This document shows, piece by piece, positions 40,302 to 50,471 of a stretch of DNA of 64,000 nt (its first letter is position 1; each line of letters begins with the position of its first letter). This DNA is from an uncultured virus (IMG/VR IMGVR_UViG_2534682017_000001) (Duplodnaviria; Heunggongvirae; Uroviricota; Caudoviricetes), in IMG/VR virus record IMGVR_UViG_2534682017_000001; one strand, given 5' to 3'. Position numbers and translations under genes: made by a program. The notes under the pieces are model-generated. The model saw nothing but the letters and a program-made list of their open reading frames with translations. It searched no databases and was not told the DNA's origin.

Positions 40302-41402
40302 CTAGATAACTTTAAAAGCCCTCTCATCTAACCTCCTTAACTTCTCTAAGCTATATAAACGGCCTTCAGGATCAAAGAACTTATCAAAATCAAATTTGCC
40401 TTCTTTAAAAAGCTTAAAACGCTTTGGCCCTAGCCACTCCTTTTGAAAGAAATCATCTGTTTTCTTAAAGAACTCTTTGAATGTGGTGTTTGCATCCAAT
40501 TGCCCTATTAATTGACTTCTTTCATCTTTTGGAATGTCTTTAACTCGCCGTTCATCCATCACAAATGGACGCTCACCAACAAGTTGACCGTCTTTTTCAA
40601 CTGGTACCAGAATACTTCGGCAATTTGGATGCAACGGCGGTACACGTTTGGCAGTGTCGTTAATTTCCCATACGGTACCATCCAAAGAAGCACAAAGTTT
40701 TGACGTTCTACCATCAAGTGTTGCAACCAGTTTTACGTACTCAAAACCAAGCTGTTTAAATGTATCTAAATACGTTTGATTGGCTACATGGCTTCGTAGA
40801 GTTCTTACAGTACGATCAATATCAGACTTAGAACCAGTTAATAGACCATCCTCAAAATTAAGACGCTTGGTACCACGAATACGCTGAACAATCTCCTGAT
40901 TCGTTTTGCCTGAGCTAATTCCATCGCGAATGGCATATTCAACTTTTTGGCGAGCAGTCTCGGCAATCTTAGATAGAAGATCATCAACTAATGCACCACC
41001 AACTAAGGGTATTTTCTTGGCTGCTGAATAAAGTTTCTCACCATTCGGCTTTTTAATCTTTCCACCGTACAGCTTCGCCATGTAATTCGCCTCATATACA
41101 GCTAATGCTGTCGCTGAAACAGCAAATACTTCAGGCAATGCAGTATTTATTGCCACAAACCACTGAGAGATTAAATCACGAATCTCTTTGAGATTGGCGG
41201 TAGTGTATTGTCCACCAGCAAGCGCTAATTTTTCAGAATTATTTAGCTCCTCCAGCAAGTCCCGAAGCTTTGCCAGCATTACTGTCGACTCATCATTAAA
41301 GATTGTTAATAATTCATTAACTGATTGAGAAGATGCCCGATATAAATACGCCTGATGTTGTGTAAGTACTTCAATCAAAGATTTTTCAATATTAGAAGCC
41401 AT
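40302..41402 (-). CDS. Minor head protein (SPP1 gp7 / Mu gpF family)
   Basis: 'ATLDGRTSKLCASLDG', 'PPLHPNCRS'. Confidence 0.9.
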   Translation of the reverse strand: MASNIEKSLIEVLTQHQAYLYRASSQSVNELLTIFNDESTVMLAKLRDLLEELNNSEKLALAGGQYTTANLKEIRDLISQWFVAINTALPEVFAVSATALAVYEANYMAKLYGGKIKKPNGEKLYSAAKKIPLVGGALVDDLLSKIAETARQKVEYAIRDGISSGKTNQEIVQRIRGTKRLNFEDGLLTGSKSDIDRTVRTLRSHVANQTYLDTFKQLGFEYVKLVATLDGRTSKLCASLDGTVWEINDTAKRVPPLHPNCRSILVPVEKDGQLVGERPFVMDERRVKDIPKDERSQLIGQLDANTTFKEFFKKTDDFFQKEWLGPKRFKLFKEGKFDFDKFFDPEGRLYSLEKLRRLDERAFKVI

Positions 41403-41411
41403 TTATCACCT

Positions 41412-42752
41412 CTAAATTGGAGCGTTATCCCGCTCACTTTCAACTCGCTTCAGCTCTTCCTGAAAATCATGAGCAGGTAACTTGCCTGTGGCGATATATT
41501 CCCAATATGTCTGGAATGAGTTCTTCCCTGCTAGAGCACCTTCGTAAAGTTGTTTAGCAAGATTGATATCGTATTGCTGAATGACAAATTCAGGATCTAC
41601 TGTAAATACATATTTGGAAGGATCCAGTTTTAGCCACTGAGCTGCGTACTTAATAGCTTGTTCGATCGCCTGAGCTGCACACATCACAATACTATGTAGA
41701 CTCGCATGCTGGTCATCCTGACGTGCGCGGCGGGCCTCACCAGATTCCTGTGTATTGGTATCGATGACCTTTGCCCCTGCTTCAAGTGCTGAATTCTTCT
41801 GGGCATCCATTTCACTTTTAGTCAGCTCAATGCCATCGCCAGAGATTTCCAGATAATCACACTGTGCATCCTTAGGCAAACTCCAGACAGCCATAACACC
41901 AGTGACACTAATATCTTCGTCTCCATCAAGTCCGCTAATCCAAGGCTGAGGATGGGCTGTGTGATGAAGTGATTGAAAGTAGTCCGCACTGAGCTGGTAA
42001 TACTTCAGGGCTGCTTTTGCCATGGTGAGTAATGGTACCGTACCAACTTGGGGTGAATTATCAGTGGTACCGCAGAAAACAAACGGCGTGAATGAAAGCT
42101 GGTTACCTCCAAGATCCGGAGTTTTATCTTCTTCAGTAGAACCATCAAACAAACGGACTGCTAAGGCTCCATCAATCATGGATAAAACACGATGGACGGT
42201 CTTGGTATCATGACCAAACTCATCTTCACCGTTTTCAAATTGCTCCTCGAGCACTAATAGTTTGAGATCCTTACGGCCACCAATGCTGTTTTCCTTCCAG
42301 TTAATAATAGATAAGGCATCATATAAGGCGAAGTATGGAACGCCGTTAGCATCTACATCTACCAGCAATCCACAGCGACCATATTCCAGTAACTCTAGGC
42401 AAATTCGGATAAAAAGCTGTTTAAGCCCAAATCCGTCATTGGTTGCATTCTCTATCAAGCCTTTTAATAGAGTACTTTCAATCACAATATTCGGCTCAAG
42501 CTTTGAGACTAAACCAATCATCGTGCGTAATGAATCTTGAACCCATAATGGATACTGAGCACGACTGAGATAAGCTTTATAAATCTCTCCAGTCTTATCA
42601 CCCTGCTTCTCTGCTTCGATCATCCCTGCTGATTTAGGAAGATATTTGGTTTGTGCCTGTTTAATCTGCTCTTCACCAGCAACGGCGTCACGCATAACCA
42701 ACCAGCTTTTTTGTGCAGCACTATACTGCGGATGTTTATCCGTAACTGCCAT
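41412..42752 (-). CDS. Portal protein (DUF4055-like)
   Basis: Follows terminase; 'YKAYLSRA', 'YYQLSADY'. Confidence 0.88.
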   Translation of the reverse strand: MAVTDKHPQYSAAQKSWLVMRDAVAGEEQIKQAQTKYLPKSAGMIEAEKQGDKTGEIYKAYLSRAQYPLWVQDSLRTMIGLVSKLEPNIVIESTLLKGLIENATNDGFGLKQLFIRICLELLEYGRCGLLVDVDANGVPYFALYDALSIINWKENSIGGRKDLKLLVLEEQFENGEDEFGHDTKTVHRVLSMIDGALAVRLFDGSTEEDKTPDLGGNQLSFTPFVFCGTTDNSPQVGTVPLLTMAKAALKYYQLSADYFQSLHHTAHPQPWISGLDGDEDISVTGVMAVWSLPKDAQCDYLEISGDGIELTKSEMDAQKNSALEAGAKVIDTNTQESGEARRARQDDQHASLHSIVMCAAQAIEQAIKYAAQWLKLDPSKYVFTVDPEFVIQQYDINLAKQLYEGALAGKNSFQTYWEYIATGKLPAHDFQEELKRVESERDNAPI

Positions 42753-42791
42753 AAAAACACCAATAAAAAAGCACCTGAATAGGTGCGTTGT

Positions 42792-44078
42792 TTAAGCCAT
42801 ACCCCGAATCCGCCTGACCTGAACAATCCGTTTAATAATCGGGAACCGTTTCGCTAATGGATAGCCACCTGCATCACCTACGTGGTCCAAACCTGATTTC
42901 TTGTCAGGCATTCCAACGTCATCATAAATCTGCTGTTCCAGTGTCTCGGTAAACCGTGGGCACTTATAAGTATTAACCTTTAACGTCCGTTCTCCATCAC
43001 CATTCAAGATCAAAGCATTCACGGCATTTAAACGGTCTTTAATGGTCGGGTTAGTATTATTCACCTCTACCCGTAAACCATGCTGCCTTAAAATGGCATG
43101 ATCTGATTCACTGCTATTTTTTGATGAAGTAGATTGCCCCGCAGCATCAGGAATAATCGTAATTTCATGATCAGGGAAACGTTCAATAATCAGTTTGGCC
43201 ATAGTTGGCGTATCACGAACTCCTACCAGCTCATTCAGCGCCAGAGGTTTACCGTCACGGATCACATACACCACGGCGGCCATTTTCAGAACGTTAAAGT
43301 CCATACCGATAATTAAAGGTTCATTCGGCTTAATCTCTTCATCGGTATGGTTGAGCCTACGGTCAAAATCAGGATAAACAGCACCGCTGGTTAAGTTAAC
43401 GAACTGCCCACGTAAATATGCCTCAATGAGCTGAGGCGGATAGGATTCCCGTAAAGATGCAATATAGTCATCTGGTAGATTGGCCTCATTGTCATAGGTT
43501 GAAGCCTGAATCATTCCATAGAGCTTTCGTTTGGCCTCTGATTTATTCGCCTCTTTAACGAATTGCTCGTAGGTAAATTTAAAACCTTCCGGTGTAGTCG
43601 CTACATCAATACCATTCAACAAACCTGCCTGTTTAAAGCGCATACGTGCGATGATCTTACGCCATGCTTGCTGAGCTTTGTGGGTAGCCATAACATCGAG
43701 CTCATCAATCAGTGCATGACCAATCTTAAAACCGACAATTGTTGCCGGCTTCTCCATAGACCGGCAGATAATCGTGCTTCGATACTGACGACCATAATAA
43801 AGATCGACCTCTTTATTAGACTCATAGATTTTGGTCTTTAACCCCCAATCAAAAGCAACCTCATCAACTGTCGGATAAAAGATATCCCGAATCTGAGGAT
43901 ATGTCGGTGCAAAGTAGCCCAGCCTAACTTTGGGAAACTCCCAAGCCTTATGACATAAAGAACCACAACCCACCCAAGTTTTTCCACCACCAAATCCTGA
44001 TATAAATGCCCTGAATTTGTTTTCCATTTGAAGAAATCTAGCCTGAGGCACATTCAGCGTCGGATTGATGTTCGGCAT
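42792..44078 (-). CDS. Terminase large subunit
   Basis: Walker A 'GFGGGKT', Walker B 'LIDE', 'TTPEGF', nuclease 'GMDFN', 'DHVGDA'. Confidence 0.95.
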   Translation of the reverse strand: MPNINPTLNVPQARFLQMENKFRAFISGFGGGKTWVGCGSLCHKAWEFPKVRLGYFAPTYPQIRDIFYPTVDEVAFDWGLKTKIYESNKEVDLYYGRQYRSTIICRSMEKPATIVGFKIGHALIDELDVMATHKAQQAWRKIIARMRFKQAGLLNGIDVATTPEGFKFTYEQFVKEANKSEAKRKLYGMIQASTYDNEANLPDDYIASLRESYPPQLIEAYLRGQFVNLTSGAVYPDFDRRLNHTDEEIKPNEPLIIGMDFNVLKMAAVVYVIRDGKPLALNELVGVRDTPTMAKLIIERFPDHEITIIPDAAGQSTSSKNSSESDHAILRQHGLRVEVNNTNPTIKDRLNAVNALILNGDGERTLKVNTYKCPRFTETLEQQIYDDVGMPDKKSGLDHVGDAGGYPLAKRFPIIKRIVQVRRIRGMA

Positions 44079-44559
44079 CTTTTTTACTCGCATCTACAAC
44101 TTGAATAGTTACCTTGACTGGTGTTGGATCATCTGCGCCTTCACCATCGCCTGTCCTGATCTTTTCAACCTCAAGCTGCTTTAACTCAATATTTAGGAGT
44201 GTTAAGTCATGGCCCTGCATTTCTTCCCGAACCTGTTTAATCACACCTTGCTTCATTAGCCGGTTGCTCTTCCAGCCTTCATAGATCTTCTGAAGTTCTT
44301 TAATGCGATAGGCTTTATTAGCAAGTGGAATGTCATAAATATTCTTTTGGAAATCCGCTCTGGTTTTATTAAACAAAGTCACCAGTTTCTTGCTTAGGTT
44401 TTTCCCCGTTGCTTTTGTTGGGTCATATAAAGCCACCTGCTGACGTTCAATTTCGATGTTAAATTCTTGCTTTACAGCATCTGCCACCTGTTGAGGGGTT
44501 TCAAAGCAGGCAAGAGACTGAACTATAAAGATTTTTACAGGCTCTCTTAGTGTTGCCAT
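44038..44559 (-). CDS. Terminase small subunit (DUF2280-like)
   Basis: 'KIFIVQSLACFETP', 'YDPTK'; overlaps large subunit. Confidence 0.85.
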   Translation of the reverse strand: MATLREPVKIFIVQSLACFETPQQVADAVKQEFNIEIERQQVALYDPTKATGKNLSKKLVTLFNKTRADFQKNIYDIPLANKAYRIKELQKIYEGWKSNRLMKQGVIKQVREEMQGHDLTLLNIELKQLEVEKIRTGDGEGADDPTPVKVTIQVVDASKKDAEHQSDAECASG

Positions 44560-44617
44560 ACTTGCCCCTTCGTAAAGCTACGTAAAGCAAAACAGGCAAA
44601 AAAAAGAGCCTTATGGC

Positions 44618-45259
44618 TCAATTGATTACGCAGTTTCCGCAGCATTTGGAAATATCTAAATTTGAAACAAACGGCGGATTCTTCGCAACCTCAACAAGAC
44701 GTTTTACGCTCTTACTTGCTCCCCACCGTTTGGTTACACCAATAAACTCTTCGACATCGTGACCAGCTAAATAGTGCTTAGGTAAACCAGTTGAACTACT
44801 AAAGAGCATTTCACCATCTTCGTCACGTTCTACACCTATATGGTAAAGCTCGTGCTCAAGCAAAGCGCAGAATTCACTATCATTAGCTTTATCGCAAAAT
44901 GTGGCATCGATCGTAATCAGGTAAGTTGGTACAAATCCGAACCAGTCCCGCATCTGTTGCTCTTGTCTAGCTTTACGCCAGCCACCTACATTAAACATAA
45001 CCTTTTCACACTGCCCAAGAACCATGGCTTGTTTGCTTTTAAATGCTGATGAAGCCCAAGCAAATGCCAAGAACTCTTCATTATCATGAAGCAGCTCAGC
45101 AATATGATCATGGTCTGGATTGTGAAGTGGTCCACCAAGTGTAAGAAAATTGGCAACAACCCATTCCTTTAATTCTGGTGCAGGTTTTAAACGAATTGCT
45201 TCATTCTCTTCGGCTTTATCAATCAAGTCCTGTGGAGGAAATGGTCTGATCTGCTCCAT
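44618..45259 (-). CDS. Putative phage metallopeptidase
   Basis: 'LLEHELYH', 'HDVEEF'. Confidence 0.8.
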   Translation of the reverse strand: MEQIRPFPPQDLIDKAEENEAIRLKPAPELKEWVVANFLTLGGPLHNPDHDHIAELLHDNEEFLAFAWASSAFKSKQAMVLGQCEKVMFNVGGWRKARQEQQMRDWFGFVPTYLITIDATFCDKANDSEFCALLEHELYHIGVERDEDGEMLFSSSTGLPKHYLAGHDVEEFIGVTKRWGASKSVKRLVEVAKNPPFVSNLDISKCCGNCVIN

Positions 45260-45656
45260 TTTCAATTCTCGCTAATTCGCTTTTTATCCAGTTGATTGCA
45301 TAACCTGATTCAATTTGATGAGGTTCTAGGCGTTCAAATAAATAACCTCTATCGATAGCAAGATCATACTTACACAATACATTTGCTATCTTTCTACCAC
45401 CGCGACCAACTGCCCAAGGGCTACCAGCAATTTCTATAAGTACATTCAACTTCACAATATAAAAATCGAACCGCCAATTTTTAGTTGAATCAAATTGAAA
45501 TTTTCTTCGGTATCCAATTCGATGTTCTTCTAGTTCTTGAAATAGGACTTCTTCAGCTTCCAGATACTTTTCTTTAGCCTTAGGCAATGGTCTGCTTTTA
45601 GATTTTATTTTAAGTTCTTTTTTTCTTGTAAGCCAAAAGTATTCTTTATTGTCCAT
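45219..45656 (-). CDS. DUF559-like PD-(D/E)XK endonuclease-fold protein
   Basis: 'NWRFDFY...LIEI'; related to 53941-54345. Confidence 0.65.
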   Translation of the reverse strand: MDNKEYFWLTRKKELKIKSKSRPLPKAKEKYLEAEEVLFQELEEHRIGYRRKFQFDSTKNWRFDFYIVKLNVLIEIAGSPWAVGRGGRKIANVLCKYDLAIDRGYLFERLEPHQIESGYAINWIKSELARIENGADQTISSTGLD

Positions 45657-45708
45657 TTTTTCATCCATAAAAAACCTCCCGAAGGAGGTCAAGTTTATAT
45701 TTTTAAAT

Positions 45709-46431
45709 CTATTTTAGAGTTTTTGTTTTTTCCCACTCAATTTTCAATAATTTTCGGATTTCTGCTCGGAAATTATTATAATCGCTATCAATTAATCCTC
45801 GTATATTTTCACTATTATCAATTGCTAAACATTTTGGGAACTGAACTCTGATAATTTCATGAATATTACTCATTAATTGGAGAATTATTTGCTCATTAAG
45901 ACCTTTAGGATTAAGTAAAAACTCAATTTTCAAAGATATTCTTGTAATATTTATACTCTCTTGAGCTGAATTTTCTAGAAACAATTCATTGTCAACTTTT
46001 ACTCTTGATCTAATCTCTTGTCTTTTCTTTATATACAAACTACTCATTTTAGACAAACTTTCTAAATAGAGAGTTGAGGTATCACGTAAGTCGTTTAACC
46101 AAACCTGCCTGCTCTGAAACACCAACTCCTTTCTTTTTAGCTCTTCTTGCATTGCTAAAGATTCTTTGTTGGATTTGATCAGCTCATTTGTATTAACTTT
46201 AGCCGCTTCGATACTTGCAATAATTTGCTCGACAGTAATTTCAAATGATTTAGTTGTTAAATCAAAACTCTTTTTACCATACCACCATGCTAGGAAAACC
46301 CCCACTAAGGCAAGAATAATCCCTACCAAAGCAGCAATAACAAATGAATAAATTGCCGTTGTATCTGTAGATGCAAAAACAAATCTGGTGTTTTCATTTG
46401 TTTGAATAATTTTTTGAGGAAGCATTTGCAT
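45709..46431 (-). CDS. Hypothetical single-TM protein (moron)
   Basis: TM plus 'RQVWLNDLR...LLKIEWEK'. Confidence 0.7.
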   Translation of the reverse strand: MQMLPQKIIQTNENTRFVFASTDTTAIYSFVIAALVGIILALVGVFLAWWYGKKSFDLTTKSFEITVEQIIASIEAAKVNTNELIKSNKESLAMQEELKRKELVFQSRQVWLNDLRDTSTLYLESLSKMSSLYIKKRQEIRSRVKVDNELFLENSAQESINITRISLKIEFLLNPKGLNEQIILQLMSNIHEIIRVQFPKCLAIDNSENIRGLIDSDYNNFRAEIRKLLKIEWEKTKTLK

Positions 46432-46491
46432 ATTTTAGTATGTAATTAAAAAAGTAAATTAATTATATGCTGGATATTGAGTTTTTAAAGT

Positions 46492-46532
46492 AAAAAGCCC
46501 CGCTAATAATAGATATTTAGCGGGGCTTTTTT
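46492..46532. terminator. Intrinsic terminator (bidirectional type)
   Basis: AAAAAGCCCCGCTAA...TTAGCGGGGCTTTTTT. Confidence 0.8.
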
Positions 46533-46643
46533 GCATCGTAATAAGTCCGGCAAACGATAAAACTAGTTTTTAGGTGCTCTTAAGATATCTAATAGTAATT
46601 TTGACTTTTCATGTAGATGTGAGCCTAAAGTATTTAATCATCT

Positions 46644-46868
46644 TTAAGGATAATCGTATCTCACCACAAGTGCAGTTCTATCGCCCAAAAGGTAGGTACT
46701 ATTACCTAAATTATGAACCTCTAATTTTTTATGAGGTGGTAGGAGTTGAACAAGGAAATATCCTTCACTATTTTGATGATAGATATTTATGGTAGCTCCT
46801 GTTCTTTCTTGTACCTCTACTAATTCTTCTTCGGTACCATCTTCGTATCTAACTCGTACTTTACCCAT
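46644..46868 (-). CDS. Small hypothetical protein
   Basis: AAGGGG RBS before MGKVRVRYEDG. Confidence 0.55.
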   Translation of the reverse strand: MGKVRVRYEDGTEEELVEVQERTGATINIYHQNSEGYFLVQLLPPHKKLEVHNLGNSTYLLGDRTALVVRYDYP

Positions 46869-47051
46869 TATTATCCCCTTAATTATTGGAAATATATTTA
46901 TATCATAGAATGCAAAAAAGCCCATCTATTGATGAGCTTTTAAAATATAGCCACATTCGTGGTATCAAAATTAATTGCATTTGCAAACGCATTTCAATAA
47001 GAATCGATAAATCACATTCGTGATATTAAGTAAATTACTTACACTTCGACC

Positions 47052-47091
47052 ACTATAACGCAAAAATAGCATTTACCCTGTACAGGGTCAA
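47052..47091 (-). promoter_or_regulatory. Late promoter pR'-like with Q-utilisation features
   Basis: TTGACC-17 nt-TATTTT (47091-47063), palindrome ACCCTGTACAGGGT (47075-47088), -10-like TATAGT at about +1..+6 (47057-47052). Confidence 0.65.
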
Positions 47092-47120
47092 GTTCTGAAG
47101 TCCTAAACGATTCAATTATC

Positions 47121-48032
47121 TCAAACACCTAAGATTTTTTTAACTACAAGAGCATCATCCAAATATCCAACAATATAGTGAGGTTGGAAATACTGAGTTT
47201 TTGCCCTTAAATTCTGAATCTCTGGTTTAACATTATATGGAGGGTTCGTTAATAAATAAGCCGAAACAAAGTCATCCGTATCATAAAAGTTAAACCAATC
47301 TCCTTTTAATGAAGAGGGTTTAGCACGATCTTTGAAATAATCATAAAATACAGGGATGCCTAAAGGAGAGCCTAAAGTTACTAACCGAGAAATCTTATAA
47401 GAGGAATTTAAATGTTGTAGAGCATCCAAACAGACAGCACTACCAAGGGAATGCCCCACTAATACAATTTCTTCTTCCTTTGGATCCTCTTTTATCTTAG
47501 CCAGCAGCCTTTCTCTAACTTGTGATCTATATTGTTCATTGCCAAGAAAAAGATTTGCCTCTTTAGCAAATATCTTAAGCACCCATGTATGAAGCTTTTT
47601 AAATCTACTCGTAATCTTGATTAGTGCCTTCGCACCTTTATCTATAAAGGAATATGGAGCTAAAGTACTTTTTAAATTAACAGGAATTCCTTCAATAGGT
47701 AATGTATCCATCTCATCAGTACTATCTCCCTCCATCGAATCAGCAATATTAATTAAAATATCCTGCTCATCTAATGACATATCATTAAAGTTTTTTTCGA
47801 AAGCATGGAATCCACTGGTCTGTAAATCAAACCATACTTTATTTGAAGTCGGAATATTTAAGTATTCCTTTACCAGATCTCCATAGTAAATAAACTCAAA
47901 TTTTGTTGTGGCTGGAACGTTCGGTATATGTGCCTGAAATACTCCCTCTAAGAAGGCCTCTATCCATATTTTTTTCAATGTTTCAGGATCCTTATCAGTC
48001 TGGTTGATCCCATGTACCATTATTATTTTCAT
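47121..48032 (-). CDS. Alpha/beta hydrolase (lipase-like)
   Basis: 'VHGI' oxyanion, 'GHSLG' nucleophile, 'TLGSP', 'WFNFYDTDDFV', C-terminal His. Confidence 0.85.
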   Translation of the reverse strand: MKIIMVHGINQTDKDPETLKKIWIEAFLEGVFQAHIPNVPATTKFEFIYYGDLVKEYLNIPTSNKVWFDLQTSGFHAFEKNFNDMSLDEQDILINIADSMEGDSTDEMDTLPIEGIPVNLKSTLAPYSFIDKGAKALIKITSRFKKLHTWVLKIFAKEANLFLGNEQYRSQVRERLLAKIKEDPKEEEIVLVGHSLGSAVCLDALQHLNSSYKISRLVTLGSPLGIPVFYDYFKDRAKPSSLKGDWFNFYDTDDFVSAYLLTNPPYNVKPEIQNLRAKTQYFQPHYIVGYLDDALVVKKILGV

Positions 48033-48146
48033 GACTTTATCCTTTTAATTATATTGAAATTTTATTATATTCTTTTAAATATTAAGTGCAAACATAAGCC
48101 AGTTCAAAGCATAATATTTATATTGAACTCATCTAAAATAGTTTGA

Positions 48147-48557
48147 ATGAAATCTCTAGAAGTCGTTGCCGCAGTCATCCAACACCAGGATAAAATTTTA
48201 TGTGCACTTAAAGGTGAGCATAAGTACCCCTATTTATCGAATAAGTATGAATTCCCAGGCGGCAAAGTCGAAGCTGAAGAAACACTCGAGCAAGCACTCA
48301 TTCGAGAAATTAAAGAAGAGCTCAACCTGGATATTGAAGTAATAGAGTATCTATTAACTGTAGAGCACGCCTACCCCAACTTTAATATCGAGTTGGCCAC
48401 TTTTATGTGCGTGACTAAGACTATTGAAGAATTGGCTTTAAGTGAGCACCAGGATGTACAATGGTGCACTATCGATGAATTAGAACAGCTCGACTGGGCT
48501 GCGGCTGATATCCCCATCGTGAAATACTTACTTGATAATAAGACTGCAGCATGTTGA
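48147..48557 (+). CDS. Nudix hydrolase (MutT/NudG-like)
   Basis: Nudix box 'GGKVEAEETLEQALIREIKEELNL', 'LDWAAADIP'. Confidence 0.92.
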   Translation: MKSLEVVAAVIQHQDKILCALKGEHKYPYLSNKYEFPGGKVEAEETLEQALIREIKEELNLDIEVIEYLLTVEHAYPNFNIELATFMCVTKTIEELALSEHQDVQWCTIDELEQLDWAAADIPIVKYLLDNKTAAC

Positions 48558-49369
48558 AAGATTTTAGACAATTAAAACCAGGTACCATTTTAGATAATGC
48601 TGGATTACGTGATTACTTCCTTTGCTCACCTCAGGGCGGAATGCGTCGCTCTAAAAAGACCAATACCCTTATCATTGTTTCCAACCATGTCGAGTCCATC
48701 TATGAAGATCGATGGATTGGTGATGAGCTGCATTACACCGGGATGGGCCAGCTCGGTGACCAAGGATTAATAAGTCAAAATAGAACATTAGCTGAAAGCC
48801 AAACTAACGGCGTGTCTGTCCATCTTTTTGAAGTTTTTGTCGATAAAGAATATATCTACCAAGGTCCTGTTACTCTCGTAGCAGATCCATATCAAAAGAT
48901 CCAACCTGATGCTAATAAACAAGATCGGTTAGTCTGGATATTCCCGGTTAAATTGTCTGATTCAAATACGGCGATTAGCGTAGAGACCATAGAGCGAACT
49001 AGTCAGAAAAAGCAACGCAAGTATAAGAAGAAATCAATTGAGCAATTGATGGCAGATGCTCACGCTACAGCACAAACGCAAGTTAGCTACCGTAATACCA
49101 AATCAAAATACTTTATCCGTTCCGACGCAATTGCCCAGCTTGCTAAGCGTTTAGCGAATGGCATTTGTCAGCTCTGTGAACAGCCTGCCCCTTTTAAAGA
49201 CCAAAATGGTGAGCCCTACCTTGAAACTCACCATATTGAATGGTTAGCGCACGGTGGACCAGACACCGTCGAAAATACGGTAGCGCTTTGCCCGAATTGC
49301 CATAAGAAAATGCATGTCGTAAATGCTGAGGCTGATCGCTCAAAACTTAAAGGAATAAATCAACCTTGA
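48551..49369 (+). CDS. SRA-like + HNH endonuclease, putative modification-dependent (type IV) restriction enzyme
   Basis: 'YEDRW...HYTGMGQLGDQ' SRA-like; McrA-type 'CQLC...ETHH...GG.DT..N..ALCPNCH'. Confidence 0.8.
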   Translation: MLKDFRQLKPGTILDNAGLRDYFLCSPQGGMRRSKKTNTLIIVSNHVESIYEDRWIGDELHYTGMGQLGDQGLISQNRTLAESQTNGVSVHLFEVFVDKEYIYQGPVTLVADPYQKIQPDANKQDRLVWIFPVKLSDSNTAISVETIERTSQKKQRKYKKKSIEQLMADAHATAQTQVSYRNTKSKYFIRSDAIAQLAKRLANGICQLCEQPAPFKDQNGEPYLETHHIEWLAHGGPDTVENTVALCPNCHKKMHVVNAEADRSKLKGINQP

Positions 49370-49420
49370 TTTATTCCCACTCAATAAAAGTCTAATCAGA
49401 GTAAGTCTTATATTAAGGTT

Positions 49421-50446
49421 TCATAGACTAAAAACCGATATGATTATAAAACACTCAATTGCAAGAATCATTGCTATTGCAAAAAACCGATGACTATTAT
49501 GGGTTAATTTCTTAAAAAATAAACTTAATGAACGAATAGCAATTACAGTATAGGTACTAGCGACAATAGAGGTTATAACAATAAAGCCACCAACTAATCC
49601 CCTTAAACTCATAAAATTTGAAACCCATATGGAAAAAATTAATACAAAAGCAAGAGTAACAATTAAAATAAGATTAAATTTTAGCCAATACGATGCCTTC
49701 TTACCATCAAGAATTCCAGATAAAATGATAGAAAATACAATAGTTAAACAAATAATAAAAAACCAATGAATAAATTTTTCATCAAAATTAAATTTATAAT
49801 TTTTTTCTATGACATGAAATATTAGCATCACCGAAGCAAACAATGGAAAAAGTGTAACTTGTGCGCACACTTCCCTTGTTACTTCTGCATCGAACTCTTC
49901 AGAAATAACATTAGCAGTCAATTTATTATTTAATTGACTAACTGGCGTATTTACATTGTTACTTTTTAATGTAAATGACCTAACGTTTTCTATTTCATCA
50001 TCATTTTTTTTCAACTTATAAAATGGCTTTGTCTCATTTTTCACTCTTTCCCAGTCATGCTTTAAAAGTAATGAAATTTTAAATTGAAGCTGCTTTTTCA
50101 AATTAATGATATCATTTTGGTTTGACTCTAAAAGCTTATCTAACAATTCTAGTATATTACGATCATACCTATCTATTATATTTATTCTTGAAATAAACTG
50201 TGCTCTAATCTCAAGTTTTTTCTCATCATTTAAAGTTTTTACATCAAGCGAGCTTACCTCTTCCAACCACTTGCGTAGATATGTACGCCATTCTTTACGT
50301 TCTTTCGTAATACACTCAATTTCTATCACTCTTTCATCTTTTCTTAATTTAAGAAAAGAAATGATCCAACCAATAAAAATCGTAATAGCACTACCAAATG
50401 CGGCCCAAGAGAACGAAGAAATATCCAAATTCACACCTAATTTCAA
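49421..50446 (-). CDS. Hypothetical multi-TM protein
   Basis: N-terminal TM, 'RKEWRTYLR...LLKHDWERVK' domain, ~5 C-terminal TM. Confidence 0.7.
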   Translation of the reverse strand: MKLGVNLDISSFSWAAFGSAITIFIGWIISFLKLRKDERVIEIECITKERKEWRTYLRKWLEEVSSLDVKTLNDEKKLEIRAQFISRINIIDRYDRNILELLDKLLESNQNDIINLKKQLQFKISLLLKHDWERVKNETKPFYKLKKNDDEIENVRSFTLKSNNVNTPVSQLNNKLTANVISEEFDAEVTREVCAQVTLFPLFASVMLIFHVIEKNYKFNFDEKFIHWFFIICLTIVFSIILSGILDGKKASYWLKFNLILIVTLAFVLIFSIWVSNFMSLRGLVGGFIVITSIVASTYTVIAIRSLSLFFKKLTHNSHRFFAIAMILAIECFIIISVFSL

Positions 50447-50471
50447 TAAATTTAATAATTTAACTTTATGT

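Noticed and set aside
13883..44053. Many short antisense or alternative-frame ORFs inside structural genes
   Set aside because: Nested in well-supported long genes, no RBS or recognisable motifs
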